Source: an uncultured virus (IMG/VR IMGVR_UViG_3300047157_000150)
Taxonomy: Duplodnaviria; Heunggongvirae; Uroviricota; Caudoviricetes
Strand: one strand, 5' to 3'
IMG/VR virus record: IMGVR_UViG_3300047157_000150
Length of the DNA: 64,000 nucleotides
Under the pieces are notes generated by a model that did no database searches, had not been told where the DNA came from, and saw only the letters and a list, made by a program, of their open reading frames with translations. Shown in pieces: positions 60,605 through 64,000 of the stretch (positions are counted from its first letter, which is position 1; each line of letters starts with the position of its first letter). A program made the translations under genes and the position numbers.

Positions 60605-60844
60605 ATGAGTTGGAAGGTTATTCTTAAAAGTAGAGTTGAACACTTTAGACAAGAATGGCTTCAACATTATTCCGATTCAAGAAATATGTACGATGAAGAA
60701 CCGCCCGAAGTAAATGAAAATAATTTAGATGAAGTTATTCGTGAAGAAATAGACGACCAAGAATTTGTATTGACATTAGGTGGATTATCAGCAAAAGAAA
60801 AACAAGAAATAAAATTATTTATTAAAAGATTAAAGGATATTTAA
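60605..60844 (+). CDS. W-tag protein
   Basis: MSWKVILK. Confidence 0.7.
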   Translation: MSWKVILKSRVEHFRQEWLQHYSDSRNMYDEEPPEVNENNLDEVIREEIDDQEFVLTLGGLSAKEKQEIKLFIKRLKDI

Positions 60845-60856
60845 GGAGAGATTACA

Positions 60857-61186
60857 ATGAGTTGGGAAAATATATTAAAAAGAGATGTGTATGAAGGTGA
60901 CCCTAAAATGGATGAATATATGAATAAATCAGTAAGAGAATTTTATGATTGGTTTATGGCTGTAATGAGTGGAAAAAAACACCCTAAAGGTAGCGTTCAC
61001 GATAATAATTTAATGTATATTTTTATGAACCATGTCAAGAGAGCCTTTGAAGATGATAAAAGTTCAAGGGAATATCAAATCGCAAACAGAATGTTTGAAA
61101 CTTCTTTAGAAAGAGGGGACTTAGTAAATGAACTTTATGAACTAATTTCTTCAAGAATTGCTTCGGAAGATAGTCAAGTAGAATAA
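60857..61186 (+). CDS. W-tag protein
   Basis: MSWENILK. Confidence 0.7.
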   Translation: MSWENILKRDVYEGDPKMDEYMNKSVREFYDWFMAVMSGKKHPKGSVHDNNLMYIFMNHVKRAFEDDKSSREYQIANRMFETSLERGDLVNELYELISSRIASEDSQVE

Positions 61187-61200
61187 TAGGGTAGATTAGC

Positions 61201-61821
61201 ATGAGTTGGTTTGACATTCTAAAAATTAAATTCAAACCGGTAGACCGTGATAGACCTGCACCTAATATTAAACTAAGACCTGATAAAACAGCCGATGGTA
61301 CTTATGATTATAGGACTGATTCAATAAATATTTCACCTAATCCCAATGTAACTCCCGAAAAAATAGCGAACACATTAGCACATGAAACAACTCATCAAGC
61401 GCAATATAATACGGAACCAGAATTAATTGAAACAGCAAAAAAAACTTCGGCCACTTTTATAGAATTTATATCACAGATAAATAACATAGATATAGAGGTA
61501 TTAGAACATGAAGATTTTATAGCGTTGTGGAGAGAACTGCAACCCGAAATGGAAAGAAATCTTAAGATGTATTTTGAAATGCTTTTAACGATAGAAATAC
61601 AAGCATATTCAACTTCTTATAATTTAGATGATAGACAATTTAGAATTAAATTAGTAAATACTATGATACAAGATATTACTCAAAGAACAAGGGCAATTAG
61701 AAGGATTATGGAAATGAATGATGAAAGATATTCATATGTTGAAACCATACTTGTAGAACTTTTAAATCCTCTCATAGATAGAATAGCGACTTCATTTGTA
61801 AGAAGAGAGCAGGTGGAATAA
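61201..61821 (+). CDS. W-tag zincin-like metallopeptidase
   Basis: MSWFDILK; GTY...INI...TLAHETTHQAQ...EIQAY. Confidence 0.7.
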   Translation: MSWFDILKIKFKPVDRDRPAPNIKLRPDKTADGTYDYRTDSINISPNPNVTPEKIANTLAHETTHQAQYNTEPELIETAKKTSATFIEFISQINNIDIEVLEHEDFIALWRELQPEMERNLKMYFEMLLTIEIQAYSTSYNLDDRQFRIKLVNTMIQDITQRTRAIRRIMEMNDERYSYVETILVELLNPLIDRIATSFVRREQVE

Positions 61822-62180
61822 TGAAGTGGCAAGACATTTTAAAATACGACGACTTACCGGCTATGTTTGAAGACCTGCGTAGAGAAATCGTAGAATACTT
61901 TCCACCTCGTTATATCGGTAATGTGAACCAACCAAATTCAGTTATAGGTATTATATTTAATTTAAGAGATTATTTAGAAAGTCCTATGTATTCCGAACCA
62001 AGAACTCAAGGAGTATTACGAACACTAATGAAAAGAATTGGTGAAAAGCAAGACCAATTTACAGAAGATGAGGGACATGATGAAGCCTTTGAAGATGGTA
62101 ATACTTTATTTTATGCAACTGTCGGTGGATTGATTGATAAAATTAGTGAAGCCTTAGCGGTAAGGGAGGAATATACATGA
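61821..62180 (+). CDS. W-tag protein
   Basis: MKWQDILK. Confidence 0.7.
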   Translation: MKWQDILKYDDLPAMFEDLRREIVEYFPPRYIGNVNQPNSVIGIIFNLRDYLESPMYSEPRTQGVLRTLMKRIGEKQDQFTEDEGHDEAFEDGNTLFYATVGGLIDKISEALAVREEYT

Positions 62181-62644
62181 GTTGGGAAAATATATTAAAG
62201 GTGCGAACTAATGAAGAAACACCTGAAAGATTACACGGTCAAGATACCTTTTTAGTCAACGATGATATATACAGACAAGCCGGAGGTAGAATATTAGGAG
62301 AAACCGAAGGTGATAGATTTATGGATATTGAAGATATTGAAGAAGCGATAGGTAGAAAATTAACAATTAGAGATTTTAAAAACCATCATTTGAATTGGAA
62401 AAGCAATACTAATAAAACATTATTGGATAGAGTTGGTGGATTTAGAGGTCAACAACAATTAGCAGAAAATCAAATTGCAGAAATGCTCGATGACCTGCAT
62501 AGAGGAAAACCCGTTGATTCACCCCGAATGTATTTTAATATTTTTAAGGTTTTTATGGAAATATTCGGAGATACATCTCGTCTTATCGAAGAAGTAAGAT
62601 TTGCTTTAAGAACATATATGGATATTCATAGTATAAGGGGTTGA
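62177..62644 (+). CDS. W-tag protein
   Basis: MSWENILK. Confidence 0.7.
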   Translation: MSWENILKVRTNEETPERLHGQDTFLVNDDIYRQAGGRILGETEGDRFMDIEDIEEAIGRKLTIRDFKNHHLNWKSNTNKTLLDRVGGFRGQQQLAENQIAEMLDDLHRGKPVDSPRMYFNIFKVFMEIFGDTSRLIEEVRFALRTYMDIHSIRG

Positions 62645-62648
62645 TAAT

Positions 62649-62855
62649 ATGACATGGCAAAATATACTTAAACTTGATTGGCGTGAAATGCTTGATTCTT
62701 ATATTACGGAAGACAGTTTATTTGAAAACATTTATAAACATCTTACGAACAGTCTTGGTTATAACGCACCATCGCAAGATGAGGTTATCGACTATTTAGA
62801 AGAGAATTACGAAAGACATAAATTATGGACAAACTTATGGAGTGTGAAAGAATGA
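62649..62855 (+). CDS. W-tag protein
   Basis: MTWQNILK. Confidence 0.65.
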   Translation: MTWQNILKLDWREMLDSYITEDSLFENIYKHLTNSLGYNAPSQDEVIDYLEENYERHKLWTNLWSVKE

Positions 62856-63097
62856 CATGGAAAGACGAGATTAAAAAACGAAGTTTAATGACAATGGGGC
62901 CGAGGGATTTTATTACAGCAACTCTATTTCACGATTACGGTATTACACAAGATGTAATTGAAATGGTTGTAGACAAGATTCTATTCTTTAACGCCAGCGA
63001 AGACCAATTACAAAGAGCAATGAGCCGAGCAAGTAGGGAGAAAATTTCCCCCCTTCGTGCTTTAAGTTTAATTATGATGGAAGAAAACCCCGTTTAA
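62852..63097 (+). CDS. W-tag protein
   Basis: MTWKDEIKK; ATGA overlap. Confidence 0.65.
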   Translation: MTWKDEIKKRSLMTMGPRDFITATLFHDYGITQDVIEMVVDKILFFNASEDQLQRAMSRASREKISPLRALSLIMMEENPV

Positions 63098-63112
63098 AAT
63101 TAGGTGATTATT

Positions 63113-63337
63113 ATGACATGGAAAGATATTGTAAAACAACAAGACCTTAGCGATGCCCAAAAGAGAAGTTTATCGGAAGGTGTTAAGAAAACAGGTGTTT
63201 GTCCAAGATGTAAAGAAAGTGTTGTTCTATACAGTATGTGTCCATTAAACTTGAAAGAATATCCAGCAAGACCAAGTTGCCCTATGAAGCAAAAGGAACA
63301 ATCACGAGCAAGGGGATTTCCAACAAAATTAGACTGA
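63113..63337 (+). CDS. W-tag zinc-binding protein
   Basis: MTWKDIVK; CPRC...CP...CP. Confidence 0.65.
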   Translation: MTWKDIVKQQDLSDAQKRSLSEGVKKTGVCPRCKESVVLYSMCPLNLKEYPARPSCPMKQKEQSRARGFPTKLD

Positions 63338-63346
63338 GGGATTAAC

Positions 63347-63574
63347 TTGTGGTTCGATACATTGCGTAAGAAAAGTAAGTCTCGCCGCAAGAAGGGTTCA
63401 AAACAGGCTAAGAAAAAAGGCAGAAAGAAAAAGAAATCCAAGACCAAGAAAGACGCTTGTTATCGCAAAGTAAGAAGTCGTTATAAAAAATGGCCTTCTG
63501 CCTACGCTTCCGGTGCTTTAGTCCAATGTCGTAAAAAGGGTGCGGCTAATTGGGGTAATTCAAAAAAGAAGTGA
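63347..63574 (+). CDS. W-tag highly basic protein with WPSAYASG motif
   Basis: MWFDTLRK; KKDACYRKVRSRYKKWPSAYASGALVQCRK. Confidence 0.7.
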   Translation: MWFDTLRKKSKSRRKKGSKQAKKKGRKKKKSKTKKDACYRKVRSRYKKWPSAYASGALVQCRKKGAANWGNSKKK

Positions 63575-63578
63575 TAAC

Positions 63579-64000
63579 ATGTGGCGGGAAATACTCAAGG
63601 AAGAATCCAAATGGATGAACAGTCTTTCTGCGAGTAAGCAAAAACTTCTCGATTCCGAACCTTCTTTTGAAGTAGACATTCCTAAACTTTCATTTCCCGA
63701 TAACGAAGAGGAACTACCAAAGGTTCTAAAAATCATGGAAGGTCAAGACTTAGATAAAAAAACTATTAACGACTTAGATAAAAATAACCATAAGATGTTG
63801 CTCGACATTGTTGGTGAAAAAATGTCCGAATGGGAAGATTTTATAGAAGATGTGGACATTCATACCATACGACTTAAAATGAAATACGGTAGAAAGCGAC
63901 CATATGAAATCTCGGATAAAATTAAGTCTGTGACAAATACAGACGATACACCTTCTTTTCCAAGCGGCCACGCTATTGAAGCACATGCGTTGGCTAAAGT
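63579..64000 (+). CDS. W-tag PAP2/haloperoxidase-superfamily phosphatase, runs off window end
   Basis: MWREILK; KMKYGRKRP (Kx6RP) and TPSFPSGH, read directly from the DNA. Confidence 0.8.
   Translation, partial: MWREILKEESKWMNSLSASKQKLLDSEPSFEVDIPKLSFPDNEEELPKVLKIMEGQDLDKKTINDLDKNNHKMLLDIVGEKMSEWEDFIEDVDIHTIRLKMKYGRKRPYEISDKIKSVTNTDDTPSFPSGHAIEAHALAK

Overview
Part of a large AT-rich tailed dsDNA virus genome with an archaeal-type replisome (PolB, PCNA, RFC, AEP primase, MCM-like helicase, XPF/ERCC4), TFB, a histone-fold protein and GGTGA/GGAGA ribosome-binding sites. It also carries GroEL/GroES and class II RNR; a Marine Group II (Poseidoniales) virus of the magrovirus type is inferred, not shown. 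Layout: 1-19.8 kb (+) siphovirus-like tail module, with several genes broken by probable sequencing indels; 20-49 kb (-) replication, chaperonin, ubiquitin-like enzymes, RNR and three tRNAs; 49.1-53.7 kb repeat-rich divergence region; 54.3-64 kb (+) array of mostly small unrelated genes. Main findings: (1) 21 otherwise unrelated ORFs share an N-terminal M-x-W-x-x-I/L-L-K tag, a candidate capsid-targeting signal for effector cargo; (2) five coupled micro-ORFs end in (F/L)NEDEE-stop, with only synonymous variation across the NEDEE-stop codons; (3) a virus-encoded Ubl/E1/JAB set with a possible divergent E2; (4) an ACCATATGGT palindrome array that strictly alternates with a 19-bp C-rich box, next to an iteron/AT-rich origin candidate. 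All protein calls are by-eye motif recognition; no searches were run.
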